NCBI GenBank assembly: GCA_951406725.2
Contig: OX597840.1
Location: forward strand, 15,314,001 to 15,378,000
DNA length: 64,000 nucleotides
Origin: Octopus vulgaris
Lineage: Eukaryota
Reading direction: 5' to 3'
Part shown: one piece after another, positions 37,806 to 52,098 of the stretch
How the letters are laid out: every line of letters starts with the position of its first letter
Numbering within the stretch: position 1 is the first letter of the stretch
Notes under the pieces: generated by a model
Database searches by the model: none
What the model saw: only the letters and a program-made list of their open reading frames with translations
What the model was told of the DNA's origin: nothing
Made by a program: the position numbers and the translations under genes

Positions 37806-38739
37806 ACATGTAAAAGAATGATGAATATATATATATATATATGTATATAATGCTAACATATATTTTACCAACATTTCTTGAGGTTAAACAATATTTATCA
37901 GTCGATTTCCCACCTCCTCAATAAATACTCAATCATAAAAACACACGATAAGTTAATCACCAATATTTGATACTCAATATAGTTTATCTCAATCAGCTTG
38001 CCAGTTTTCCTCCATTCTTTTCTTTTTCCTTTTCTTCCTCTTTCACCGCAAGTTATTTGGATAATGTGTCTAAATCGCTTTTCTTCTGGTTTTTCTGTTC
38101 TGTTAATAACCAATTAAACATTTCGAAGGCAAAAAAATGGAAACAGAAACAAACTTATCTTTGAAGGCAGAAAAAAAAAAAAACCAAAAATTCCATTTTT
38201 TCTTTTTCTTTTGACTGCAAGAAATTTTGATAATAATAATTTTATTTTAGATTTTGTCTTTAACATTTTTTGTTTTGTTGTTGTTGATGTGGTTGTTTAG
38301 CCCTAGGTCATTCCTCATCAAGCAGATCCATGACCTATGATCAGGTACCTTCCAGTCACAACCATCCAATCTTGTTTTTCTATGTGTAGCAAACTTAGAG
38401 AGCACCGCATGATCCAGGAGGTCCCTTTTGTAAGATGTAATGGGGATAGAGGTGATTTAGGGATCAGTGGTTACTTGAAAATCAGGACTGATGGGACTAA
38501 CTGTCTTATAGTGCAATGTTAAAGCACTGGAGCAAGGTTTGCCCTTCTCTAGGACTCTGTTCAACTGTCCAACCCATGCCAGCATAGAAAGTACTGTACA
38601 TACACACACACAAATACATACATAATCATTGCAATTTCGTGTTTGAGTATTGCCATTGTCTGATCAAAAGTCCTACACATGTGAAGGCTATGACCAGCCA
38701 TTTTTATAAGTCTTGTTTTTTCTTTTCTTTTTTTTCAAG

Positions 38740-39706
38740 CAATGGCTGTACACGATAATTTTTTATAATGGGAAAGGATTTGCACAAGTATAAGAACCCA
38801 CAATATGGTAGAAGCCATAGCCACTCATCATAAAAAGAAATCTTGGTGCAATGTGTCAGTGAAAACCTCAATAAAATGTAGACACAACAGGCTTGATACA
38901 ATGATTTGGGATAGAGAAGAGAAACTGTGTACAGTTGTGGAAATTAGCTGTCCAGCAGATGTTTACATAAAGTGGAAGATTAGTGAAAAAGAGAACACCT
39001 ACGCTGAAATCTGCAGTTACTGTAGCCAGATAACAAGTTCAGGTTTATACCTGTAATTATTGGGGTCCTGGGATATGTAACACACTGCCTAAATACCAAT
39101 CTTGAGAAATTAGGCTTCTCATAACCAGAAAGGGGAAAGCTGATTTGAAGACTACAGATCCAATCCATCACTGGAACTGTAAAAATCTGTAAAGCTTTCC
39201 AGAAGTTTATCATTGAAATATATATATGAGCATGTTTAGATATGCAACTATATGCATGAGAAGACATACATAAAACATACAAATCTGCACATACATACAT
39301 ACAAACAAAAATACCCTGTTGTTGATGTTAAAATTCCAATGAAGATGCCTTGGATCTAGGTTAGAAACTGGTTCTTTCCCTATTGGCAAGAAATCTTGAA
39401 ATAAACTGAATAAGGACATGCATACATTCGAAGACTACATATTGAAGCCATCACTGGAACTATAAAAATCTGTAAAACTTTCCAGAAGTTTATCATTTAA
39501 GTATATATGAGCATGTCTAGATATGCAATTATATGCATGAGAAGACATACATAAAACAAAGCATACAAATCTGTGCATATACATACATACAAACACACCC
39601 AGTTGATGTTATTGAAATTCCAATGAAAGACACTTGAATCTAGGTTAGAAACTGACCCTGTCTCTATTGGTAAGAAATCGTGAAATAAAACTGATTAATG
39701 ACATGA
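38740..39706 (+). mobile_element. RLE-encoding (R4-like) non-LTR retrotransposon 3' fragment with a tandemly duplicated 283-bp 3' end
   Basis: HNRLDTMIWDREEKLCTVVEISCPAD..EKENTY..FIPVIIGVLG (PD..E..K restriction-like nuclease region); GAAGACTACA recurs at 39147 and 39430. Confidence 0.75.
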
Positions 39707-39774
39707 TGACCATCCACTTGTGACCAAGAAAAACCATTACTGACCTTTAGGAACATTGTGCGGTCAAGACTATC

Positions 39775-40092
39775 TTATACTGCACACCTGCAGCTCCGTT
39801 GGTGACTAACGAGCCCTGCTCCTGCCAAACATACATGGCTGCAAACATTGCAGACCAAGCTTCCTCCACTCATTACACTAGCAGTTCGTTTTTGAGTAGC
39901 ATTTTTAAATTCTTCATGAAGAATACGTGCTTTTTGAAAGGTATCAACTCCCTCCTTTACCTGTTTCCTCCATCTGTGGCAATGACAAGCATTGCTCTCC
40001 CAGTCAGCTTCCCACATTTCACAGGCCTTTAATGAGGACTTTAAACAGTCCCTAAATCACAGTCTTGGCTTCCGCCAGGGTTGCTTTCTACT
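39775..40092 (-). mobile_element. RTE-clade ORF C-terminus with terminal zinc finger (different RTE family)
   Basis: KPRL*FRDCLKSSLK..WESNA..RWRKQVKEG..CNVCSHVC..GLVSHQRSC. Confidence 0.75.
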
Positions 40093-40137
40093 AACAAGTT
40101 CCCACATTCAGACATACATAAATACATACATAGAGTG

Positions 40138-40616
40138 AAATCAAAATCAAATTCGATGACTGGCATCAGTGCTAGTGGAGTGCTAAGAGTACCATCCGAG
40201 CATGATCGTTGCCAGAGCAACAAACTGGCTTCCATGCTGGTGGCACATAAAAAGCAACATTCGAGCGTGATTGTTACCTGCATCGCCTTACTGGCACTTG
40301 TGCTGGTGGCACATGAAAAAACATTCAAGCGTGGTCATTGCCAATACCGCTGGACTGGCTCCTGTGCAGCTGGCACATAAAAAGCACCATTTGAGCATGG
40401 CTGTTGCCAGTACCACCTGACTGGCCCTCGTGCCAGTGGCATGTAAAAGCACTCACTACACTCTCAGAGTAGTTGGCGTTAGGAAGGGCATCCAGCTGTA
40501 GAAACTCTGCCAGATCAGATTGGAGCTTGGTGCAGCCATCTGGTTTGTCAGACCTCAGTCAAATCGTCCAACCCATGCTAGCATGGAAAGCGGACGTTAA
40601 ATGATGATGACGATGA
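40138..40616 (+). mobile_element. RTE 3' UTR copy with 4-5 internal ~65-bp units
   Basis: Repeated GTGC.GGTGGCACATAAAAAGCA units, the terminal motif and (GAT)n. Confidence 0.8.
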
Positions 40617-40846
40617 CATACACACACACTCACACACGCACACACACTTTCAGCATACCAAAAAATGATCGTGCACAGATATTGTTTCTTGACTTGCAGA
40701 AGACAGTAACATAGACATGAACTGCAGTTTCTTTTAGACTCATGAATGCTACATCACATCACACATCAGAGGCTATGCTTTTGCTATCAAAGAAATGGAG
40801 ATTGTTACTAAATACCTAATCTACAAAGGAGACGGTGAAGTAGTGC

Positions 40847-41074
40847 CAGTGCTTTTTACATGACACCAACACGAATACTTCTTATGTGATATCATCACCA
40901 GTGTCTCTTACGTGGCACCAACACCAGTACTTTTTATGTGGCACCAGCACCAGTGCTTTTTATGTGACACCGGTATGTTTTAAGTGGCACTGGCTCCAGT
41001 GCTTTCTATGTGGCACAAGCACCATTACTTTTTATGTTACACCAGCCCCAGTGCATTTTATGTGATACCAACAC
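40847..41074. repeat. ~26-bp minisatellite (CAGTGCTTTTTATGTGGCACCAGCAC), about 9 copies
   Basis: Tandem degenerate units; the reverse complement matches the RTE UTR motif GTGCTGGTG.CACATAAAAAGCAC. Confidence 0.8.
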
Positions 41075-41917
41075 TGGGGAAAAGACTATAAATGGTACAG
41101 TAGAGAAGTTGTCAACACAAAATCATGAGAGGGAGAGGGACAGAGAGACATGATGGTGGTGGGGTGAGAATTAAGTAAATAATCTATCAGAGAGATATGA
41201 TTATCGGATAAATCAATCTAACATAATTGATTATGCTTCAGAAGACAGCAAGTCCAGGAGCTTAACCTTCATTGGAATGTATCTTTAATGAGTGCATTTA
41301 TGCATACACACACATATATTTAAGTATATACACACTCATTCATTGTATATATATTTATAGGTATATCTGTATATCTACAAATGCATACATATATATATAT
41401 ATATGCTTATATACATATACGCCATGTATATATCATATTTAATGTATATATTTAGATGTGTACATATATATATATATATAATAGCCATCTGTGTATCATA
41501 CTAAATGTGCATATATACATGTGTGTGTGTATGAAAATATATACTTATACACAAACACACACACGCGTGTGTTTATATTTAGTCTCTTATCAGATAAAGA
41601 CTACCCTCAATGAATAACTGCCTTGATTACATAAATGATATTCTTTGCGATGTTTGTGTGTTTTTCCTAATTACTGTGTGTGTATATATTATTCATATAT
41701 ATATAATATATAATATATATATATATATATATAAATATATATAATATAATACATACACACATATATATACAATACGCACTTGATCATCATCTGCTACAAT
41801 CTGTGTGTGTGGTTTTATGCACCAAGCATCAGTATGACAGCATCTTGTGTGTGTGTGTGTGTGTGTGTTTGTATTTGTGAGTGTGTGTGATATATATGCA
41901 TGTGTATATATTTTATG

Positions 41918-41973
<56 letters not shown>

Positions 41974-42512
41974 CATATATATATGTATATATATATATAT
42001 ATATATTTATTTATTATGTGTGTATGAAGAGAGAGAGAGAGAAAATTTTTGTATATACTCAATTAAGTCTTAGACTAATCATAAATAATGGTAACGATGT
42101 TATTGTTGTCGTCCATCTAACTACAAATCAGCCTTAGTGAAGCTAACCTTTGACCAAAGGTCTTCCAGCTCTGACCATCCAATTTTCTTTTTTCTAAACA
42201 TAGCATATCTATGACTGTGTTAATCTACCTTTCTTTTTTAAGCTAGTGGTGAATGGTTGGAAGGAGACTTGGCTGTTGTTTCTAGCAAGCTTAGTGACTG
42301 CATTGAGACTTTAAAATTAGTGGTCATCAATCAGGGTCCATAAAACATTTTATTGTCAAAGTATATGTTCAATAAGTTTGTTATGCTTTTACGATACACA
42401 AAATATTTTAACAATGATGTGTACACCTCTGATGAGAGCCCAATAAGACTGACTCTGATTTAAACATATTCAGCCTTTCCGTTTCCTCTCCAGGCGCTTC
42501 TTTTCTTTAATA

Positions 42513-42700
42513 GCATAGGAGTGGCTGTCTGGTAAGTAACTTGCTTACCAACCACATGGTTCCGGGTTCAGTCCCACTGCGTGACACCTTGGGCAAGTGT
42601 TTTATGCTATAACCTCAGCCCGACTAAAGCCCTGTTGAGTGGATTTGGTAGACGAAAACTGAAAGAAACCCATCGTATATATGTATATATATATGTGTGT
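42513..42700 (+). mobile_element. Family A SINE 5' half
   Basis: Head with GGGTTCAGTCCC B box and body. Confidence 0.75.
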
Positions 42701-42713
42701 TTGTATATATATA

Positions 42714-42910
42714 TCTCTATATTATAATTCTGAAATGCGAAAAGTTTGTCTGGTTTTGGCATTGGAACTGGTTAAAGGCCACTAGATCCCATCGGATTGA
42801 CTCCAAAATTTACAGAAACATGTAAAATGAGGTGAGGATGCGAGTGGGCTAGGTTAGAAATCCCTATCCTAAAAGGTGTTGTTTCTAGGGCGAAAAACGC
42901 ACACTTTGAC
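42714..42910 (+). mobile_element. Probable Helitron 5' fragment
   Basis: Begins A|TCTCTATATTATAA, a typical Helitron 5' start; no 3' CTAG hairpin found. Confidence 0.4.
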
Positions 42911-44171
42911 AAGCCTCCTCTCATTCTTTTATCTGCCTGTCTTTCTCCATCTCTATGATTAGTAGAATAAGGTTATTGCTGGACTGGAACCCTGGCCCCA
43001 AATGCTTACAACAGAGAGTAGACCATCTAAAGGTACTTGAGAGCCAGGAAGTTGTATTAAACAGAGTGAGGGGTTTGCCATCCAAGTTCACCATTTGACA
43101 CAGATGTAGATAGAAAGAGTCTCCTGTTAATGTTGCAGTTGTTATTGTTACTGTTGATGTTGTTGCTGTTGTTTTAGTACTAGTTGTTGATGCCTGTGTT
43201 GTTGTTGTTATTTAAACACAGGTCAGTGCTGACTGACTATAGACTATAGACTGACTTATAAATATCACCATTTTCCAAATATTTTGTTTCACAAATATTA
43301 ACAGTTTTATTAACCTTGCTTGTTGATTTCGGATGTTAAACCCTTCCTGAGGGAATTTTTGGATCCTAACTGTATGGATAGACTCATTTAATCAAAGTTC
43401 TTGAACTCAGTATATGACAAATGCAAGAAGACTCCTATCTACCATTGTCAGAGACATGGTATTTCTGAGGCCAGAATATCTAATGTATTTCTACCGTTAT
43501 CGACAATAGGATGTGATTTAAGGGAGATTTGGATGCTATTTCTTGCAAGTTAGGTAACCATGTGGAAGCTTCCTCATTGGTTGAACCATTGTAGCTATTA
43601 ACCAATCGTATTTTATTATTATATGGAGTAGGAAGGTGAGCCAAGAGTGGGGAGGTGACTAATGCAAGGTAGAATTTAGGTTTCAGCAGAGACAAATAAG
43701 GACAGAGAATTGGGACCCACCATCCAGTATATTACTGGTATCTTATTTGCTGGTCCTCAGAGAGCAAAATAAATTTGTAAAGGTATTTATTCAATGTTCT
43801 GCCACTTCTGTCACCTTATAAACTTTGTTTCTCTCTCTCTTTCTTTCTCTCTCTCTCTCTCTCTCTGTTTATGTGTGTGTATATATATATAAGTGTACAT
43901 GCAATAGATGCAATGTTATGAAAATGCATTCAGAATGGTCAGTGCTGCGTGTCGCAATGCGGTTGAACACACCAATATTCTGCTGAAGCAGTTTAACAAG
44001 ATCCTCAAGTGGCATGAAGGATCAGGTGACCTTTGAGAAGAGTTTCACATATCACTTCAATGAAAAAAGCTCTCAATAACCATATAGACACACACACATG
44101 CACACTTGTGCACTCCCACCCACATATGTATGTGTGTATATTTGTATATATATATCTATATGTATGTATGT

Positions 44172-44235
<64 letters not shown>

Positions 44236-45131
44236 CATGGTTGCTTCATTGTTTATTCATTCACTCATTTTATTCTTGTATTTCCATGCTAGTATGGATA
44301 AGACAACCTTGCATTATTCAAGCATTATTTTACAGTTGGATGCCTCTCCTGTCACTAACCCCTACTCATTTCCCAATCAAGAGATGTCGTATTTCATTCA
44401 TTTTTTTATGGTTAACAGAGCAAATGATAACAACATCACCACCTCTGACTCAGCAATCATCAGAGAGTGTAAACGTGGGCCATCTTAGCAACATTATAGA
44501 CCTCTTAGCAAATCAATACAGTGCGCCGTAGGGGATTTATTTGTTGACAGTAAACCACAGCATGGATTAGAATTGAGCCCCTACATCTGTGGAGCTTCTG
44601 GGCATCTGTGCTTTAAGAGAACACTGGTGTAAAATCATACACACACAAATACATACATACATATATATATAATAGTGTATATGAGTTTGTACATGGAGAG
44701 GAGACCACCAAGTGGTTTCCTTAGATTCTAGAAAGGGCAGTCAAAACCCAAACCACGAAAGAGATATTCATACATTGCACATTGCTTGTAGGAGACTTGA
44801 ATGAATAAAAATCTCAGTTTACCTTATACCCATGAGTTTCACCATTAAATATCAAATAAATCAATTAATTAGTCAATCAATTGATTAATTAACCATCTGT
44901 GGCTTCTCAGTAAGGTCACTGGAAAATGCATAATTATGAAAGTATAAAACATACCGTAAATACATGCGCCCTTAAGTTCCATCTTAATGCATCAAGATTT
45001 CAAAACGAATTCCCCCAATTAGTGTGCAGAGTCAGAGTAGTACAGCAGTGAATAAATTCACCATATATTATCCAACCGAAGAATTTAAATATTTAATTAT
45101 ATAAAAATTTTTTACCCTGTATTTATATAGT

Positions 45132-45190
<59 letters not shown>

Positions 45191-45361
45191 CACTTGTTGT
45201 TTATACACTTGTATAGAGAGAGAGAGAGAGCAGATATAAGAGAGATCAAGTTGATCCCTCTTATAGCAACCCTGAAAAATCGATCCCCTGTAAAGACTTT
45301 AGAATCTAAGCTTGAACCTTTTTGAGTACTACTAGGGGTCTTCTATACACAGAATCTTTGT

Positions 45362-45520
45362 AGACCAAGCTGTATCAGCCTTTGCCTTTCTCTTGGATAA
45401 TATCAGTGGCATAGAGAAGGGAGGCTGTTATGCATGGATGACTGCTGGTCTTCCATAAACAACGTTGCCCGGACTTGTGCCTCAGAGGGTAACTTTCTAG
45501 GTGCAATCTCATGGTCATTC
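45362..45520 (+). mobile_element. Family B SINE 3' part
   Basis: Matches the reverse complement of 26290-26455. Confidence 0.75.
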
Positions 45521-46002
45521 AGAGTTTTAGCAAGTCATGTGACTGGAAAAGGATTTATCTCATTGGCTCAAGTATCAACTAATCATGTGACAGGAAAAAT
45601 TCTATGGTAGACTTTTGTTGTATCAAGCTGGTGCCATTTACATAAAAGTTTTTGTAAGTTGTGCTATATTAACAGATCATGTGACCGATGTAGTGCAGCT
45701 TTTCCATTGGCTGTTTGCTTCAATAAGTTCCTTCTCCCTAACTGTCCCCTCCCCACATATATACATCTCACTGATAACATGACAGCTAACAGATTTAACA
45801 GAAGAGAAAAGAAAAATATCAGAAGTGTCCTTCCTTGCCTGTTTAACTTCTTTTTGGAAAGAATTGGTTGTTGCCAGACCCAGGGTGGGATAGGTTCTGC
45901 CAGATGTAAAACTGTCCAAGACACACTAGAAGTCTCTCTCGAACCACACCCATGATTCCATTAAGAAGTTGAGAACTCAATGCAAGGTGATATATCTCTC
46001 TC

Positions 46003-46424
46003 TTTACTCTTTACTCTTTTACTTGTTTCCGTCATTTGACTGTGGCCATGCTGGAGCATCGCCTTTAGTCGAGCAAATCAACCCCAGGACTTATTCTTTA
46101 TAAGCCTAGTACTTATTCTATTGGTCCCTTCTGCTGAACCGCTAGGTTACTGGGACGTAAACACACCAGCATCAGTTGTCAAGTGATGTTGTGGGGACAA
46201 ACAGAGACACAAACACAAACACAAACACACACACATATATATACATATACATATACATATATACAACGAGCTTCTTTCAGTTTCTGTCTACCAAATCCAC
46301 TCACAAGGCTTTAGTTGGCCTAAGGCTATGTAGAAGACACTTGCCCAAGGTGCCATGCAGTGGGACTGAACCCAGAACCATGTGGTTGGTAAGCAAGCTA
46401 CTTACCACACAGCCACTCCTGTGC
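46003..46424 (-). mobile_element. Family A SINE, full length
   Basis: Complete reverse-complement architecture. Confidence 0.85.
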
Positions 46425-47343
46425 CTATCTGTTTACAACTTTCCCTAACATCAGCACAGAAAGTAGATATTTACAAAGAAATTGGTGCCCTTCAAATGAC
46501 AGCCACCAAATCCCTGTGACTCCCTTGTCATTGTTGCTATCAGAAATATATTGAATCTGAAATGAGCCACTTTGAAAAGCTCTGAATTACGACATCATCA
46601 ATATGAAATAAAACAGTTTTCTACAAGGAATAAACCCCCTCCCCACTCTTCAGATAACCTGTCATTGGCTACATTACTAGCTTTCTGTAAATGTACTAAT
46701 TAAATGTTATTAATTATAATACCATGACGAAGTGAGATGAAAGTAGAGAGTTACGTGGGTGGAGATCTGGCTAGTGTGATTATTGTTGCGGTTTGGGTTG
46801 GATCAGCATTGATATTGCTGTCCTATGAACAAAGGCATTCCAAGTATGACCATCCAACCATTTTTACAGCTACAATACACCCAGGGATATTTTGTATCAT
46901 GTGTCTTTCTCACCAAGATGCTTGTATTGAATTTGAGGGAGATTTGGCTGCTGTTTCTAGTACAATTCAGTGATCATATAAAAACTCACTCATTTGTTCC
47001 CACAGCGCGTGGGTAGTGGGAGGGATGGGTAAGTGGGTACATTAGTTGATAGACCCTCTGTGTGTGTGTGTATGGGTGTGTGTGTGTGTGTGTGCGTGTG
47101 CGTGTGTGTGTGAGTAAGACAGATATTCCAGTTGAAAGATAATCACTTGCATGGAAAAATATATACTTCTAATGGGTAGCTGGGTACATGGTGGATGGCT
47201 GGAATGTTTGACTGATGGATTGATAGACAGGTAGATAGGTATGTACAGGGGTAGGTAGGTGCATAAATGGATTAAATCAATGACTAGCAGACATAGAAAT
47301 GATATATATAAAAGAGATTAATAAAGGATATATACATATCTCA

Positions 47344-47376
<33 letters not shown>

Positions 47377-47399
47377 CACATACACACATACATACCCAT

Positions 47400-47444
<45 letters not shown>

Positions 47445-47909
47445 CATAAATATACATACATATATGTGCACACATATAGAGAGAAAAAACAGGTGGATAG
47501 TTGTACTAAATGCCTGGCCAAGCACTTGTATGAGACCTGGGTACCTTGATAGGTAGGTAGATCAGCTGACAAATCAATAAATAGATTACTTTAGTTGATT
47601 GATTGGCAGATAATAGATCAGTCCTAATGACTGATTGATTTCTGCACACACACATGCACACACTCACCCTACATATATTCATACATGCACATATCTGCAA
47701 AATATGTGAGCTTGTATACAACTATACTGACAAACTGATGTGTGTACATGTATACAGAAGTGTGTTTGAGTGTATCTAAAGCTATATATATATATATATA
47801 TATATATGTAATGTAGTGTGGTTTGTGTCTGATGAATATATGTTTGGGTATTTATCAACATATGAAACTATTAGTAACACATACAAACATGTATTGTGTC
47901 TATTAAATA

Positions 47910-47945
<36 letters not shown>

Positions 47946-48254
47946 TACTACCACCATATATATATTATATACAGATGAAACAAAACCTACACACAAATAC
48001 ACACACTCACACACATACATAATGCATTCATATATATACATATATGTGTGTGTGTGTATGTAAATATATATATACACACACACATACATAAACGTTCATT
48101 TACATAGATACAGATGTATAGATATACATACAGAGTGTGAGATGGGGGCAAGCAGATACGGTCTTAGACTGATAGTAATATAGATATATTTGTCTATACC
48201 TATCTATCTGTCTATCTATCTATCCATATATATGTGTGTGTATGTATATATATA

Positions 48255-48313
<59 letters not shown>

Positions 48314-49263
48314 AGATAGATGAATAGGGAGACAGTCAGAGCGAAAGGAGATAGATTGACAGACAGTTGGATAGTTATATAGACTGACAGACAGACAGAA
48401 TGTGTTTGCAGTGTTATTGCCTTCACAGAATAAATACTTCAAGCTGACATCCAGTCAGACAGCGCTTGTCGGTTCCACATCATGAATTAACCAATATTCT
48501 AATCCACCCCCACACACACACGCCTTCATCCACCCTTGATCAATACTATGAGAGAATTACAAACTTACCAATAAACAGTAGTCGACAAATATCAGTGGCG
48601 ATGGAGATAATTATGATGATGGTGGTGAATTTGGTTGTGTTGTTATTATTATTATTATTATTATTCGCATTAATACTATTCGTAGTAGTGGTGGTGGTGA
48701 TGGTGGTGATTATAAAGAAGAGATGAAAAGAAATACATTGGTGGTGGTGGTGGTGGTTGTAGAAGTAGTAGTCGTTGGGTGGTGGAAGGAATAGTAGTAT
48801 TGGTTGTGGTACTAACTGTGGTTGCAGAGATGACAGTAGTTGTGGTGGTGGGCGGGGGGGTTAATTATGTAAGACTAACAATGTTACAATGGTTGCTGGA
48901 GAGTGAAAGTGAAAGTGAGTGTGGGAGGAGGAGGAGGTAGATGGTGGTGGGGGGAAGTTGTGCTCTGCTCTGAGCTTAGATAAGATGGCAGCATCACTGC
49001 TATCATCATCAGCGGCAGCAGCATGATCATCAATCACAATCATCCTATTCATCATCATCATCATTATCATCATCGTCATTACCCCAATCACCATCATCAC
49101 CACCATCATCATCATCACCATCATCATCATCATCCTTATTTTATTATCCTTAAGTCTGTTACTGTCACCCACTTTCTACTTATCAATTTCACTTTCTGTA
49201 ATTGTGTGGGTGTGGGTGTCTGTGTGTATGCATGCACATATCTGCATGTGTGCATGCCTGTAT

Positions 49264-49315
<52 letters not shown>

Positions 49316-49588
49316 GTATGTATGTATGTCTATATGTATGTATATATATATGTATATATATATTGTGTGTGTATAAATACACATAAATATATATGTATAT
49401 GTACATATATGCATGTGTATATATATATATATATGTATATATGTATACATACGTATGTATACATATATCTTTATATATACATATTTGTGTGTGTAACATG
49501 TACATGTATCTGCTAATGAATGTATGTGTGTATTTATATATCTATCATACATATATACATGCACACACACACACAAATATATATTTAC

Positions 49589-49634
<46 letters not shown>

Positions 49635-50955
49635 CATAAAACTTATCCAGTATATTTTTGCAGATCAAAACAAAACTCAGTTACAGGAATGTGACCCAGG
49701 GGTGAAAACACAGAGTCAAATATACAAAGGAACTCTTAAGCCATTCAAAGTAATGATGGGGTTAAGGGTTTGAACTTGTCTTTTTACTGAGTTTTTTCCA
49801 TCCCTAGGTTTCATTCTGGTTATATTTGCAAGATCTCTGGGATTTGTAAATCAGTTGTGTTTTTTTCAGATCTCCAATAGAACAGAGCCCGAGCTATACT
49901 GCTTCATTCAGTCATATCTGAGAACTGTTAAATTGCCTTTTCACATTTGGAAAATTCTTTAACATGAAACCATTCGGTAACATGAATTGGCTGTTATAAG
50001 ACTAAAGTTATAATGCTATATAAACAACACGCTCACACGCAGATAAATATGATAAATGTGTGTGTGTGTGTGTGTGCATGTGTGTATATGTTGGGCTTCC
50101 ATACATTTTCCATCAATTAAATCTTCTCACTAGACATTGTTATATTCTACATTACAACTCTCTGAAATTCAATATTCTATAATATATTTAGTCTCCTATG
50201 TCCTATTACATTTTCATTCTCACAAACCTATTTCACTGAAAGTTGAACACAAAATATATTCTCGCTACATTTAGAAAATATTTATCAACATCATCATCAT
50301 CATCATCTTCATACCTGCCTCTACTATTGCTACTACTGCTGGTATTATCATTATTATTGTTGTTAATATTATTATTATTATTGTGATTATTATCATTATA
50401 ACTACCACCACCACTATTACTACTACTGTTCTTATCAATATTATTATTATTATCATTATTATTATTATTATTATTGTGGTGGAGTAGAGTATTGAAGCAA
50501 CTGTGCTGTTCATTTGAAATGCGGAACAAAGGTGGAGAGAAAGATAGCAAGAGGAAAGGGGTAAAACAACATTAGAGAGTCCATTAATTAATTATATTAC
50601 ATTCAAGCAGTGTATTTTTCTATTATAAGGGCCCCTCTCTGGGTTTTAATGCGAAAATTAGATAATGGAGCTATTTGATGTGAAGTTTTACTCTCAAACA
50701 GACATTATCTAAAATACGCGACATTTCTGCAGCTCATTATGATAGGTTTGGGTTCCTGTTTATGGAATCTACAATGAATATCTGTGATGTGAGGATTTTC
50801 TTCATCTCTTCCCTTAAGGCCCTCACATGAAGGGCACAAATCTGTGTAAAGATTTGAATTTGTGTGTAAGGGCAGGAGCCATGGGACTATGTCTTGGAAA
50901 ACATATATTACTTAATGTTTATAAATGTGTGTGTTTGAGTGCATATGTGTGTGTG

Positions 50956-51040
<85 letters not shown>

Positions 51041-51278
51041 GCATATATATATACATATATATACATATATATATACATATATTTATACATATATATATAT
51101 GCATATGTATATGTATGTATATATGTATCTATATATTTATGTGTGCGCATGTATGTATGTGTATATATATGTGTGTGTATATACACACACACACACAAAC
51201 AGAAATGGATCAATGGATTGGACAGAGATGAAAATGGAGATCTAAATGTTCCATGTCCAATGAAACAGTGAAATAATG

Positions 51279-51321
<43 letters not shown>

Positions 51322-51602
51322 TGATGATGATGATATTTGACAGCACTCATTGCCACTGATAATGGCTGAATTGTTGAAATGAAATTTGGTTCGTTTTCAT
51401 GGTCATGTGATCGCTGAGCAATTATTCCAGCTATTTATTAATCATTAGGCAAGTCTATCTTTCAGCACACAAGCAGGAACTTCGGTATGTGTTGGTACTT
51501 TAAGATAAAGGGTATAATTCCTTGTTTTGAGGCTAGAGTTGTAATGGTATACAATAGGATTAATTGCACAAAACGTTCTGGTTAAAATGTCTAATGTTAC
51601 TT

Positions 51603-51814
51603 TCTTTTACTTGTTTCAATCATTTGACTGTGGCCATGCTGGAGCACTGCTTTTAGTCGAGCAAATCAACCCCAGGACTTATTCTTTGTAAGCCTCATAC
51701 TTATTCTATCAGTCTATTTTGCTGAACCGCTAAGTTACGGGGACGTAAACACACCAGCATCGGTTGTCAAGCGATGTTGGGGGGACAAACATGCACACAC
51801 AAACATATACACGC

Positions 51815-51865
<51 letters not shown>

Positions 51866-52022
51866 TATACGAAAGGCTTCTTTCAGTTTCTGTCTACCAA
51901 ATCCACTCACAAGGCTTTGGTCAGCCTGAGGCTATAGTAGAAAACACATGCCCAAGGTGGAACTGAACCCAGAACCATGTGGTTCATAAGCAAGCTACTT
52001 ACCACACAGCCAATCCTATGCC
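51603..52022 (-). mobile_element. Family A SINE, full length
   Basis: Complete reverse-complement architecture with a long central (TA)n. Confidence 0.85.
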
Positions 52023-52098
52023 TTTCATTTATTAAGGCCAAACTTGGGTTCCGTCTTGTTCCAGTCATTAGATCTGGCCATGCTAGGGCACTGTCTTG

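Noticed and set aside
40200-40460. Palindromic repeats with spacers, superficially CRISPR-like
   Set aside because: The spacers are homologous to each other (~65-bp tandem unit), the array sits in an RTE 3' UTR in a eukaryotic context, and there are no cas genes.
42429-42470. CTGATGA followed by a possible stem
   Set aside because: No GAAA or stem III at the right position, so it cannot be called a hammerhead.
49870-49962. Possible terminal exon after TTTTTTCAG (ISNRTEPELY...)
   Set aside because: Short, with no recognisable product or supporting exons.
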